From Butyrivibrio sp. (GTDB taxonomy: Bacteria > Bacillota > Clostridia > Lachnospirales > Lachnospiraceae), in assembly GCA_024697425.1 (NCBI GenBank), contig JAILFT010000125.1:1-61814 (forward strand): 61,814 bases of DNA, read 5' to 3'. The stretch's first letter is position 1, and every line of letters starts with the position of its first letter. The position numbers and the translations under genes were made by a program. Below the pieces are notes generated by a model. It was not told where the DNA came from. It was given only the letters and a program-made list of their open reading frames with translations, and did not search any database. Of this stretch, positions 8,915-19,101 are shown in pieces.

Positions 8915-10531
8915 ATGAAATTAAATGAAGCAAATATGGGCAACACAGAGTGGCCAGAGAAAGGATATTTTGTGCCTTCCTTCGACAGAAAGGCCATGAT
9001 AAAAAAGACTATTACCCAGCCAAAGTGGGTTCACTTTGGGGCCGGTAATATTTTCAGAGCTTTTCAGGCTAACCTCGCCCAGAGGATGTTGGAAAATGGG
9101 TGGGACGATACCGGAATTACAGTTGTGGAAGGCTATGACTATGAGATAATTGAAAAGATGTACAGGCCTCACGATAATCTTTCCCTGCTGGTAACCTTAA
9201 AAGCTGATGGAAGTGTGGACAAATCGATAATTGCCAGTATTGCTGAGTCATGTATTCTTGATTCGACGAATGAAAGTGAATTTGAGAGGTTAAAAGAGAT
9301 ATTCATATCCGACTCCCTTCAGCTGGCAACTTTCACTATAACCGAGAAGGGTTACAGTATAAAAAATGCTGCTGGAGTGTTGCTTCCTGCGGTGGAAAAG
9401 GACTTTGCGGAAGGGCCCGAGTGCCCTGCAAGCTACATAGGGAAAGTGTCAGCTCTTTTATATGAGCGGTATATGTCAGGCGAAAAGAAGATTGCCATGG
9501 TGAGTACTGATAACTGCTCCCATAATGGGGATAAGCTGTACGATGCGGTACATGCTTTTGCCGTGGCCTGGACCGGTAACGGAAAGGCAGAGAAAGGATT
9601 TCTTGATTACATAGAGGATGAAAACAGGGTAAGTTTCCCCTGGTCAATGATCGATAAGATAACACCAAGACCGGACGATTCAGTCAATGAGCTTCTCAAA
9701 AAAGACGGAGTGGAAGACCTGGATCCTGTGGTAACCTCTCTGAAAACCTGGGTTGCGCCTTTTGTAAATGCTGAAGAGAGTGAGTATCTGGTGATTGAGG
9801 ACAAATTCCCCAACGGAAGGCCGCAGCTGGAGAAGGTTGGAGTGATATTTACCGATAAGGAAACGGTGGACCGGGTTGAAAGGATGAAAGTCTGCACCTG
9901 TCTTAATCCTCTTCACACCGCACTGGCAGTGTATGGCTGTGTTCTGGGATATAAGAAGATATCTGATGAGATGAAGGATCCTGCACTCCTTGGGCTTGTA
10001 AAGAACATAGGTTATAAAGAGGGACTTCCCGTGGTTACCGACCCGGGTGCCATAAGGCCGCAAGAGTTCATAGATACTGTGGTTAACGTGCGTATCCCCA
10101 ATGTGTTCATGCCGGATACACCTCAGCGTATTGCGACAGATACGTCACAGAAGCTGGCCATACGATTTGGTGAGACAGTTAAGGCATATTCTGCCTCTGA
10201 TGAATTATCTGTGTCAGATTTAAAATTTATTCCTCTGGTATATGCGGGATGGCTTCGCTACCTTATGGGTATCGATGACGAGGGAGAAGCATTTGAGCCA
10301 AGCCCGGATCCGCTTCTTGTCAAAGCTCAAAGTTATGTTAAGGATATCAGACTTGGAGATACTGATGAAGATGCTCTGAAAGCAGCGGTTTTGCCGCTTC
10401 TTAAAGACGATACGGTATTTGGCCTTGATCTTGAGAAGGCCGGTCTTTCTGACCTTGTGATAAGCTATTTTGCTCAGCTAAACGCAGGGAAAGGCGCAGT
10501 CAGAGCCACATTGGACAGGTATTGCAAATAA
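8915..10531 (+). CDS. uxuB: Mannitol dehydrogenase family (probable D-mannonate oxidoreductase)
   Basis: Motifs HFGAGNIFRAF, TITEKGY, DNCSHNG, MIDKITP and DTSQK; adjacent to uxuA. Confidence 0.8.
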   Translation: MKLNEANMGNTEWPEKGYFVPSFDRKAMIKKTITQPKWVHFGAGNIFRAFQANLAQRMLENGWDDTGITVVEGYDYEIIEKMYRPHDNLSLLVTLKADGSVDKSIIASIAESCILDSTNESEFERLKEIFISDSLQLATFTITEKGYSIKNAAGVLLPAVEKDFAEGPECPASYIGKVSALLYERYMSGEKKIAMVSTDNCSHNGDKLYDAVHAFAVAWTGNGKAEKGFLDYIEDENRVSFPWSMIDKITPRPDDSVNELLKKDGVEDLDPVVTSLKTWVAPFVNAEESEYLVIEDKFPNGRPQLEKVGVIFTDKETVDRVERMKVCTCLNPLHTALAVYGCVLGYKKISDEMKDPALLGLVKNIGYKEGLPVVTDPGAIRPQEFIDTVVNVRIPNVFMPDTPQRIATDTSQKLAIRFGETVKAYSASDELSVSDLKFIPLVYAGWLRYLMGIDDEGEAFEPSPDPLLVKAQSYVKDIRLGDTDEDALKAAVLPLLKDDTVFGLDLEKAGLSDLVISYFAQLNAGKGAVRATLDRYCK

Positions 10532-10590
10532 CCCGGGATTTCGGGTATCATGGTCATAGATAATGTCCACTAATTAAAAGGTAGACCACT

Positions 10591-11088
10591 ATGACCAATA
10601 TCGACAAAAAAATAAAGAAGAATTTGTCCGCAGAGAGACGAAAAAGGGCAGAGAACAGCTCTTTTGACAAGTGTTTCTTCAACCTGAAAAACGTAGACGA
10701 TAACTCCTATGATATGGTTGAGAAGCTTAATCGTCTCTTTGGACCCATTGGGGCAGAATTCAAGATAGAACACAGGGAGCTTTCCGATGATATTTCATCG
10801 GACTCCCTTGTTGTGTTTTTCAGGCCTGAACAGGTGAAATACAAGACCAAGCGGGCTGCCGGGCGAAAGCGCAGCTACGTTTCCTACGAAGAGGACGGCA
10901 TTACCTACAGAGCGACGGTAAACAGGATCCGGCAATTGATCGCAAAATATGGAGCGGTAAGAGCCGCCGCAATGATAGGCATGAACAAGTCGGGCATGTA
11001 CAAAAGGCTAAGGAAAGCCATGGATTCCGGGATACGGCTGCAGGCCGGGGACAGGGATGCACTTGGCGAAGATGACATTCTTTTTTAA
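10591..11088 (+). CDS. Hypothetical protein with a C-terminal HTH (resolvase/Hin-like DNA-binding tail)
   Basis: AGRKR followed by GAVRAAAMIGMNKSGMYKRL. Confidence 0.55.
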   Translation: MTNIDKKIKKNLSAERRKRAENSSFDKCFFNLKNVDDNSYDMVEKLNRLFGPIGAEFKIEHRELSDDISSDSLVVFFRPEQVKYKTKRAAGRKRSYVSYEEDGITYRATVNRIRQLIAKYGAVRAAAMIGMNKSGMYKRLRKAMDSGIRLQAGDRDALGEDDILF

Positions 11089-11105
11089 CAAGGGGAGGAT
11101 TATCC

Positions 11106-11636
11106 ATGGGAATCGAAATTGAGAGAAAATTTACCGTAAAAACAGCGCCTGAAGGTCTTGAGCAATTTCCTGTGCATGAGATTGAGCAGGGATATCTAAA
11201 TGTTAATCCCGCTATAAGGGTAAGGCGCCAGGATGACAGGTATATTATGACTTATAAAGGGGAGAAATCCCGGATAGAAGGAGAAATAGGGCAGGTGGAG
11301 TACAATATGCCGCTTGATGAGAAGTCCTACGAGCATATGGCCGCTAAAGCAGATGGTATTGTTATCAGGAAAAAGAGATATCTTGTACCTCTTAACAGTG
11401 ATGCCTTTTCCGATGAATATCTTGGAAAACACCCCGAAATAGCGAAAATGATCGGGGAGGGAAAGATAAAGATCGAACTTGATGTTTTTTCAAACCCGGC
11501 AGATATCGGAATGCTGGCGGAGGTTGAGTTCCCTGATGAGGAAAGCGCAAAGAATTATAATATGGCCTCCTGGTTTGATGAGGACGTTACAGGGGACATT
11601 CGATACAGCAATGCACAGATGAGTCGGGGAAAGTGA
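11106..11636 (+). CDS. CYTH domain protein
   Basis: ExExK motif EIERKF, plus IEQGYL, ELDVF, AEVEF and DVTGDIRYSN. Confidence 0.92.
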   Translation: MGIEIERKFTVKTAPEGLEQFPVHEIEQGYLNVNPAIRVRRQDDRYIMTYKGEKSRIEGEIGQVEYNMPLDEKSYEHMAAKADGIVIRKKRYLVPLNSDAFSDEYLGKHPEIAKMIGEGKIKIELDVFSNPADIGMLAEVEFPDEESAKNYNMASWFDEDVTGDIRYSNAQMSRGK

Positions 11637-11652
11637 CGGAAAGGAGGCAGGT

Positions 11653-13092
11653 ATGCCGATATTAGGAGCGTTCATGGTACCACATCCGCCCATCATGCTT
11701 CCGGAAGTGGGGCATGGGGAAGAAGAAAAGATAAAGGCCACGACAGAGGCTTATATGCAGGTTGCACAGGAGATAGCACAGCTTAAGCCGGATACCATCA
11801 TCATTTCAAGCCCTCATAGCATCATGTATGCGGACTATTTCCATATTTCTCCCGGGAAAAGAGCTACCGGCAATATGGGACGTTTTAATGCGCCCCAGGT
11901 CAGCTTTGATGAGGAGTATGATACGGAACTGGTGGATGAGATCTGCCGGATCTGTGATGGATACGGGGAGTGCGACAAAGAGGCAGCCCGGATACAGGAG
12001 TTTCCGGCGGGAACTCTCGGAGAAAGGGACAGCTCTCTTGATCATGGGACCATGATACCGCTGTACTATATAAGGAAGTTCTACAATACCTTTAAAATCG
12101 TCAGAATAGGCCTTTCAGGCCTTTCTTTGCCAATGCACTATGAAATGGGCCAGATCATACAAAAAGCCGTAAATTCGTCCAATAAACGCGTCGTGTATGT
12201 GGCCAGCGGAGATCTGTCCCATAAAATGAAAGAAGAGGGTCCATACGGATATGCCAAGGAGGGCCCGGAGTATGATGACAGGATAATGGAAGTCTGCGGA
12301 AGCGGCGATTTTGAAAAGATTTTGGATTTTGACGATGTTTTCTGCGAGAGAGCTGCGGAGTGCGGGCACAGGTCTTTTGTCATGATGGCGGGAGCCCTGG
12401 ATGGGCTTGACGTGAAGGCAGAAAAGCTTTCTCATGAGGCCACTTTTGGAGTCGGATATGGCATATGCCGATTTGAGGTGGGCGGCGCAAACGATAACAG
12501 ATGTTTTTTAAAAAGCTGGAGAGCCGCTAAAACAGCGCTTCTTAAGCAAAAACAGGCTGATGAGGATCCCTATGTTCGCCTGGCAAGGTTCTCTTTGGAG
12601 AGCTATATAACCATGGGGAAGAGGATCACAAGGAAAGACTTAAGTGATGACAGATGGAAGGACCTCCCTGAAGAAATCTTCAGCCAGAAAGCAGGCGCTT
12701 TTGTCTCCATCCATAAAGACGGAGCTCTCAGAGGGTGCATCGGAACCATACTGCCTACATGCAGATGTGTGGCAGATGAAATTATGCAGAATGCCATAAG
12801 TGCTGGAACCAATGACCCAAGATTTCCGATGATAGGCGAAAACGAGCTTGACAGTCTTGAGATGAGTGTGGACGTTCTTGACGAGCCCGAGCCCATTGAT
12901 GGACCGGAGCAGCTTGATGTAAAAAAATACGGGGTTATTGTTACCTGCGGCCGCAAGAGAGGACTTCTTTTGCCCAATCTTGACGGAGTAGACACTGTAC
13001 CGCAGCAGATAGAGATAGCCTGTCAGAAGGCAGGGATACACGATGACGAAGAATACAGCCTGGAGAGGTTTGAAGTTATCCGGCATATCTAA
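11653..13092 (+). CDS. amrA: AmmeMemoRadiSam system fusion: LigB/Memo-like domain plus AMMECR1 domain
   Basis: N-terminal VPHPP, DHG, ASGDLSH, ECG and FGVGY. C-terminal GAFVSI, LRGCIGT, DPRF and GLLLP. Confidence 0.9.
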   Translation: MPILGAFMVPHPPIMLPEVGHGEEEKIKATTEAYMQVAQEIAQLKPDTIIISSPHSIMYADYFHISPGKRATGNMGRFNAPQVSFDEEYDTELVDEICRICDGYGECDKEAARIQEFPAGTLGERDSSLDHGTMIPLYYIRKFYNTFKIVRIGLSGLSLPMHYEMGQIIQKAVNSSNKRVVYVASGDLSHKMKEEGPYGYAKEGPEYDDRIMEVCGSGDFEKILDFDDVFCERAAECGHRSFVMMAGALDGLDVKAEKLSHEATFGVGYGICRFEVGGANDNRCFLKSWRAAKTALLKQKQADEDPYVRLARFSLESYITMGKRITRKDLSDDRWKDLPEEIFSQKAGAFVSIHKDGALRGCIGTILPTCRCVADEIMQNAISAGTNDPRFPMIGENELDSLEMSVDVLDEPEPIDGPEQLDVKKYGVIVTCGRKRGLLLPNLDGVDTVPQQIEIACQKAGIHDDEEYSLERFEVIRHI

Positions 13093-13109
13093 GGTCAGGG
13101 GGTGACAAT

Positions 13110-13955
13110 ATGCCAAGATGCGATGTGTGCCACAACGGATGCAATCTGGAGGAAGGAGCTGTTGGCCTGTGCCGCGCAAGAAAGTATGAGAACGGCGCTT
13201 TTAAATGTGCCAATTATGGCCTTGTTACCTCAATTGCTCTTGATCCCATAGAGAAAAAGCCCTTAAACAGGTTTTTTCCGGGTTCAAATATCATTTCTGT
13301 TGGAAGCTTTGGATGTAATCTAAGATGCCCGTTCTGCCAGAATCACGAGATTTCCTACGGATTCGGGCAGAAATATGACATGGGATATCGCTGTATATCC
13401 CCGGAAGAGCTGGCTGATATCGCTGATGAGTACAGAAACCGCGGCAACATCGGGGTGGCGTTTACCTATAATGAGCCACTGGTGGGCTATGAGTACGTGA
13501 TAGATGCCTCCAAAGAGGTCCATAAGAGAGGAATGAAGACAGTACTTGTGTCGAACGGGTGCGTGTCGGAGAGAGTAAGGGATCTTGTCATTCCTCACAT
13601 AGATGCGATGAATATTGACCTGAAGGGCTTTAAGGATGCGTACTATAATGGCGTATTAAAGGGCGACCGAAGCCTTGTTATGAGTTTTATTGAGGTTGCA
13701 GCCGCTGTCTGTCACGTGGAGGTGACAACTCTGATCGTTCCCGGATATAACGACAGTGAGCGGGAGATGGAGGAGATTTCATCCTGGATCGCTGCCCTTA
13801 ACGGGGGACGGGGAAAAGAGAATGTGGCTCTCCATATAAGCAGATATTTTCCAAGGTTTAAGATGGATGTTCCTGCAACGGAGGTGGGAGTGGTTTACAG
13901 GCTGGCCGAAGTGGCCAGAAAGCATTTGGATCATGTTTATGAGGGCAACTGCTGA
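13110..13955 (+). CDS. amrS: AmmeMemoRadiSam system radical SAM enzyme
   Basis: N-terminal CDVC..C, DPIEKKPL, CxxxCxxC (CNLRCPFC), FTYNEP and C-terminal YEGN. Confidence 0.92.
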   Translation: MPRCDVCHNGCNLEEGAVGLCRARKYENGAFKCANYGLVTSIALDPIEKKPLNRFFPGSNIISVGSFGCNLRCPFCQNHEISYGFGQKYDMGYRCISPEELADIADEYRNRGNIGVAFTYNEPLVGYEYVIDASKEVHKRGMKTVLVSNGCVSERVRDLVIPHIDAMNIDLKGFKDAYYNGVLKGDRSLVMSFIEVAAAVCHVEVTTLIVPGYNDSEREMEEISSWIAALNGGRGKENVALHISRYFPRFKMDVPATEVGVVYRLAEVARKHLDHVYEGNC

Positions 13956-13981
13956 TTGGCTGGCCCGAAAGAAAGGTGTAT

Positions 13982-15451
13982 ATGAGCGGCGAGAGCAGGG
14001 TTTATGCGGCAATTGATCTGAAATCCTTCTATGCCTCCTGTGAATGTGTTGACAGGGGGCTTGATCCGCTTACCACAAATCTGGTGGTTGCGGATCCCAC
14101 AAGGACCAATAAAACCATCTGCCTTGCGGTGTCGCCATCCCTTAAGGCCTACGGCATTCCGGGAAGGCCGAGGCTCTTTGAGGTTGAGCAGTCGGTAGCC
14201 AGGATAAATGCCGCAGGGAATATAAAGCTTGAATACATTGTTGCACCACCCAGAATGGCAAGATACATGGAAGTCAGCGCCAGGATTTACAGTGTGTATC
14301 TTAAGTATGTGGCCCCGGAGGATATTTTTGCCTACAGTATTGATGAGGTTTTCATTGATCTTACCGCATATCTTCGCACTTACGGAAAAACTGCCCATGA
14401 ACTTACCATGGAGATGGTAAGGGATGTACTTGGAGTAACGGGGATCACAGCAACTGCCGGGATCGGAACAAATCTTTTTCTGGCTAAGGTTGCCATGGAC
14501 GTGGTTGCCAAGCACGCAGATCCGGATAAAGACGGCGTACGAATAGCCGAGCTTGACGAGATGTCCTACAGAAGGCTGCTGTGGTGCCATACCCCCATCA
14601 CCGATATATGGCGTGTCGGAGGCGGGATAGCAAGGCGACTGGCCAAACACGGTATTTTTACCATGGGAGATATTGCCAGGGCATCGGTGAGCGATGACAA
14701 GTATATCGGAGAGCCAATGCTCTACAAGGATTTCGGTGTGAATGCGGAGCTTCTGATAGACCATGCATGGGGATATGAACCCTGTACTTTGGCGGATGTT
14801 AAGGCTTATGAACCTGAGAATACCAGTATCAGCAGCGGACAGGTGCTGATGCGACCCTACGAGTATGATGAAGCAAGGCTTATTGTGCAGGAGATGACCG
14901 ATCTTCTTGTGCTTGATCTTGTGGACAAAGGCCTGGTGTGCAACGCTGTTGTTCTTACCATAAATTATGACAATGAGAATCTTGCAGATCCCGAGAAGCT
15001 GGCAAACTTTGAAGGAAATATTTCTGTGGACTATTATGGGCGCCTTGCGCCTGAGCATGCCCACGGAACGGCGGCTCTGGGAGAGTATACCAGCTCCACA
15101 AGGAAGATAATCGGTGCTATGATGGAACTCTATGACCGGATAGTGGATCCAAAACTTCTGGTGCGCCGCGTAAACATCGGTGCTGTGAATACCATGAAAG
15201 AAAGCGAAGCTCCGGGAAGGCCCGGCGGAAGCATGGAGTTTGAGCAACTGGATCTTTTTACTGATTATTCGGCGCTGGAAGCCAGACGTGAAGAAGACCG
15301 CATCGAAGAAGAGAAGGAAAAACAGCTTCAGCATGCGGTGCTGGATATAAAGAAGAAATTCGGGAAAAACGCTATTCTTAAGGGGATGAATCTTCAGAAA
15401 GGCGCTATGACCATAGAACGTAACAATCAGGTGGGAGGACACAAGGCATGA
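13982..15451 (+). CDS. Y-family (UmuC/DinB-like) DNA polymerase
   Basis: Motifs IDLKSFYASCEC, YSIDE, AKVAMD and WRVGGG; clamp-binding-like QLDLF; C-terminal GGHKA. Confidence 0.93.
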   Translation: MSGESRVYAAIDLKSFYASCECVDRGLDPLTTNLVVADPTRTNKTICLAVSPSLKAYGIPGRPRLFEVEQSVARINAAGNIKLEYIVAPPRMARYMEVSARIYSVYLKYVAPEDIFAYSIDEVFIDLTAYLRTYGKTAHELTMEMVRDVLGVTGITATAGIGTNLFLAKVAMDVVAKHADPDKDGVRIAELDEMSYRRLLWCHTPITDIWRVGGGIARRLAKHGIFTMGDIARASVSDDKYIGEPMLYKDFGVNAELLIDHAWGYEPCTLADVKAYEPENTSISSGQVLMRPYEYDEARLIVQEMTDLLVLDLVDKGLVCNAVVLTINYDNENLADPEKLANFEGNISVDYYGRLAPEHAHGTAALGEYTSSTRKIIGAMMELYDRIVDPKLLVRRVNIGAVNTMKESEAPGRPGGSMEFEQLDLFTDYSALEARREEDRIEEEKEKQLQHAVLDIKKKFGKNAILKGMNLQKGAMTIERNNQVGGHKA

Positions 15452-15654
15452 AGCAGTGGACCAGAACCCTTAATGATTACAAGGATATAATCGATATACC
15501 GCGCCATGATCCTAGTGGAAGGACAAGAATGCCTATGGAGAAGAGGGCGGCGCAGTTTTCCCCTTTTGCGGCTCTCACAGGATATGAGGATGCCATAAGC
15601 GACGCCGTAAAGCGTACAGAGGAAGAGGTAGAAAATAGAAACAAAGGCAGTTAA
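15448..15654 (+). CDS. Short YolD-like accessory protein of Y-family polymerase
   Basis: YKDIIDIPRH...RMPMEKRAAQFSPFAALTGYEDAI; ATGA overlap with the polymerase gene. Confidence 0.8.
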   Translation: MKQWTRTLNDYKDIIDIPRHDPSGRTRMPMEKRAAQFSPFAALTGYEDAISDAVKRTEEEVENRNKGS

Positions 15655-15659
15655 AAGGC

Positions 15660-17396
15660 ATGGACAGACGAAGCAAAAAAGATTCCTTTATGAGGACCAT
15701 AACCATCTGCGTAGTAAGCTATCTGATACTTATGATAGTTATTCTTTCTGCGGTTTGGCGAAATACTTCTGCCACCCTGGAAGACGGTGCCGGAGCTACA
15801 CTTATTCAGGCCAGAGACATCAGTCTTTATCAGATGGATGATGTTCTTAAGGCCAATGAGCAGGCTCTTGCTTCGGTCCTTCAGAATAACGACAATATCA
15901 AGGTTTTTGAGTACGGAACGGAGAATCAGCGGGCTATCGCGGCTCAGAACATGATCCAGATACTGCAGCGCTCGGCACTTACCAGCAGCGATGTTGAGAC
16001 TCTTGTGTTCTATGACCTTGTGGGAGATACCTACATTGCAAAAACAGGGGACGGGATCACCTACGAGGAGACAGTCCTTATTGAGAAGGCTGTCAGGACG
16101 CTGAAGGACGAAAACCCCGGGAATATGCCCTCAGAGTGGTTTTACCGAAAGATTGGGCAAAAGAACTATGCCGTAAGGATGTATAAGAATAAAAAGAGGA
16201 TGCTTGGGGCGCTTGTAGAAGTCTCAAACCTCTTTGACATTTCCGCTGCAAGCGACACCATAACCTATACCCTTACCGATGAAGAAGGGGATGTGATTAC
16301 GCAGTTTGGCGGTATTAACGCTCCGCAGCAGGAGGATATCGATGAAGGATTTATCGGGGCAGCCCGTTGGTCTGCCGGAAAGAATTTCTATATAACCGGT
16401 GCAAAGTCAACCAGAGGAGCCCTGAGGATCTTTGTAAGTATGCCAAGAAGCAGAGTTTACGGAGGTTTCCAGACTCTGCAGGTGGTGCTTATCGGACTTG
16501 TGGCGGCAGCAATACTGATGCTTCTTTTGATGGCTCTTTATACCAGAAAGGTAGTATATTCGCCGCTGGCGGAGCTTCTTTCTTCCATGAGGAAGATTGA
16601 AAACGGTGATCAGAACGTAAGATTGTCCGAAGACGCCGCTACCGTCGAATTTCAGCAGATAAATACCAGCTTTAACCGCATGATGGATACCATCGTGAAC
16701 TTAAGGATGAGATCCTATGAGGAGAGAATAGCTTTTGACGAGGCAACGCTTAAGTATGTTCAGCTCCAGATAAAGCCACATTTTTTCCTGAATGCCCTTA
16801 CCACCATTCACAGTATGTCCTTCCAGAACAGAAATGAGGAGATACGGGAGTATATCGAGAGACTCTCCAGGAATATCCGCTATCTGTTTAAGTCGGGGCT
16901 CCATGCGGTATCGCTTTCGGAAGAGATAGAACACGCCAGGGATTACATAGCCATGCAGGAAATCCTGTATCCCGGCTGCGTATTTGATTTTATAGAAGTG
17001 GAGCCGGGAATTGAGGACTATCCGATCCCGCAGCTTCTTGTTCACACTATACTGGAAAACATCTATAAGCATGCCGTTTCCGTGGACAGGCTTACTTCAA
17101 TTCTTATTTCTGCAAAAATGCAGAAAAAGGACGGAGAGGAAATGTGCCATCTTATAGTTGAAGACGACGGAGAGGGCTATCCGGAAGAGTTCCTCAAGGA
17201 AGTGGCTGCAGGAGATGTCAAGGTCAAGGATGACGGCCACGGAGTGGGACTTTGGAACATGAAAAAGACCCTTAACCTTATGTACAGAAGAGATGATCTG
17301 ATGGAGTTTTGCAACAAGGAGCCACATGGAACAAGGGTTGACGTGTGGCTTCCAAGGAGAGTAAAGAGGCAGAGCAGTTTATGGACGCAATCGTAA
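15660..17396 (+). CDS. Sensor histidine kinase (YesM/LytS type) with HAMP domain
   Basis: Two TM segments, HAMP, QIKPHFFLNAL, ENIYKHA, EDDGEG and GHGVGLWN. Confidence 0.92.
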   Translation: MDRRSKKDSFMRTITICVVSYLILMIVILSAVWRNTSATLEDGAGATLIQARDISLYQMDDVLKANEQALASVLQNNDNIKVFEYGTENQRAIAAQNMIQILQRSALTSSDVETLVFYDLVGDTYIAKTGDGITYEETVLIEKAVRTLKDENPGNMPSEWFYRKIGQKNYAVRMYKNKKRMLGALVEVSNLFDISAASDTITYTLTDEEGDVITQFGGINAPQQEDIDEGFIGAARWSAGKNFYITGAKSTRGALRIFVSMPRSRVYGGFQTLQVVLIGLVAAAILMLLLMALYTRKVVYSPLAELLSSMRKIENGDQNVRLSEDAATVEFQQINTSFNRMMDTIVNLRMRSYEERIAFDEATLKYVQLQIKPHFFLNALTTIHSMSFQNRNEEIREYIERLSRNIRYLFKSGLHAVSLSEEIEHARDYIAMQEILYPGCVFDFIEVEPGIEDYPIPQLLVHTILENIYKHAVSVDRLTSILISAKMQKKDGEEMCHLIVEDDGEGYPEEFLKEVAAGDVKVKDDGHGVGLWNMKKTLNLMYRRDDLMEFCNKEPHGTRVDVWLPRRVKRQSSLWTQS

Positions 17397-18976
17397 TCGA
17401 TGATGATCTTTCCACGGTGGAGGTTATAGTATCCAATACCGACTGGGACAAATTTCATATTGATAAGGTGCATAAGGCCTACAATATATCTGCAGCCAAA
17501 AAGATATTCCTGGAGCATGACATAAGCGTGGCAGTATGCGATATTGAGATGCCTATGGGAAGCGGACTTGATCTGATAAAATGGGCCAGGGAAAACAATA
17601 TCGACACCGAGTTTGTGTTTCTTACAAGCCATGAGAAGTTTGACTATGCAAGGCAGGCCATTGAATACAAGGCTTCAGGCTATGTTGTGAAGCCCTTTAA
17701 TGCGGACAGGATGGAGGCGGAGCTCACGACAGCTCTGCAAAAGCGCAGTGACCGCAGCAAGATCAGGAAAGCTGCCCAATACGAAGAGTGGTATGCCGGA
17801 AGCCTTGAGTACGTAGAAGGGTCTTTTTGGGATGATGTGCTCCAGCAGCGAATCCTGGCAGATCGCGATATTATCGCCAAGGAAATAGACAGAAGGCGCC
17901 TTTCCATTGACCCGGATGCCGAATATACACTTATTCTCATAGCCAGCGGCAATCTTGAGGGGATAGAACAGACCCGGGGAAAGGACTATGCCGGTCTTTA
18001 TGAAAAAGAGCTGTCGGATTATGCGGCAGAGAAGCTTGGCGGAGGGGCTGTCAGCAGCCGTATCGTCAATTATCACCTGAAAAACCTTATATATACAGCT
18101 GTCATAGCGGGGGCAGATATCTCTTTTCCCGGGCAGGAATTTGTGGACGAGGCCAAAGAGAAGCTAAAAAACGTGATAACCGTGTATATCAGCAATCCCT
18201 GCAGCATCGAGAAACTTTACGAGGCGAGGATACACATAGAAGAGCTGGACAAGAACAATGTGGCATCAAAAGGACGCATATTCCATGAAAACGACGAGAT
18301 TGTTCTGGCCTCGGAGAAGGGTCATATGCTCGATCAGGAACAGATAAGGCTCCTGCTTAATGAAAAGAAGAAAAAGGAGCTTCTGAATCTTCTGAAATTC
18401 AGCATGGAGTCGCTGGGAGCTCAGAAAAAGCTGTCGGCAGCGGCACTGACGGAGATAAAGCAGGATCTTTTGCAGATTGTGTTTGTGTACCTGCACAGCA
18501 GGGAGATCCAGGCAAATCAGCTGTTTGCCAATGAGGCCTTTGTGTCACTGGATGATCAGGCCACGGAGTCTTTAGTGAACATGATGCGCTACCAGGTACA
18601 CCTTATAAGCCGCACTATCGACTATGTTTCGGAGGTTGAGCAATCTGATTCCATAGTGCAGCGGGCCAAGAAGTACGTTCATGATCATTATAAGGAAGAC
18701 ATTTCCAGGACCGAGATAGCCGAGAGCGTTTTTCTTACTCCCGAATACATGGCCAAGATGTTTAAGAAAGAGACCGGCATAAGCCTCAAGCAGTATATCA
18801 GTGACTATCGAATTTCGGTGGCAAAAGAGCTGCTTTCAAGCCCGGGAGCCAGAATAAGCGATGTGGCCTGTGAAGTGGGTTTTGACAACTTTTCTTACTT
18901 TTCTACTGTGTTCAAGAAGACCACGGGCTATACTCCCAACGAATATCAGGCTATGGCCACAGAGCAAAATCAATAA
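17381..18976 (+). CDS. Response regulator with AraC output domain (YesN type)
   Basis: Receiver IVIDDD / CDIEMPMGSG; C-terminal AraC VGFDNFSYFSTVFKKTTGYTP. Confidence 0.93.
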   Translation: MDAIVIDDDLSTVEVIVSNTDWDKFHIDKVHKAYNISAAKKIFLEHDISVAVCDIEMPMGSGLDLIKWARENNIDTEFVFLTSHEKFDYARQAIEYKASGYVVKPFNADRMEAELTTALQKRSDRSKIRKAAQYEEWYAGSLEYVEGSFWDDVLQQRILADRDIIAKEIDRRRLSIDPDAEYTLILIASGNLEGIEQTRGKDYAGLYEKELSDYAAEKLGGGAVSSRIVNYHLKNLIYTAVIAGADISFPGQEFVDEAKEKLKNVITVYISNPCSIEKLYEARIHIEELDKNNVASKGRIFHENDEIVLASEKGHMLDQEQIRLLLNEKKKKELLNLLKFSMESLGAQKKLSAAALTEIKQDLLQIVFVYLHSREIQANQLFANEAFVSLDDQATESLVNMMRYQVHLISRTIDYVSEVEQSDSIVQRAKKYVHDHYKEDISRTEIAESVFLTPEYMAKMFKKETGISLKQYISDYRISVAKELLSSPGARISDVACEVGFDNFSYFSTVFKKTTGYTPNEYQAMATEQNQ

Positions 18977-19101
18977 ACCTCAAAATTGAAAATATAAGTC
19001 TTGTTTTTAAAAGAATCGAAAACACCTCTCTTTGTATAATGGGTTCAACTCAAATGAAACGTGCCATTTGACGGCGCGCCAATGTACAAAGGGAGGTATT
19101 T

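Noticed and set aside
13937-15442. 501-aa minus-strand ORF spanning the Y-family polymerase
   Set aside because: It is antisense to a clearly recognisable gene, has atypical composition and no motifs. Best explained as a shadow ORF.
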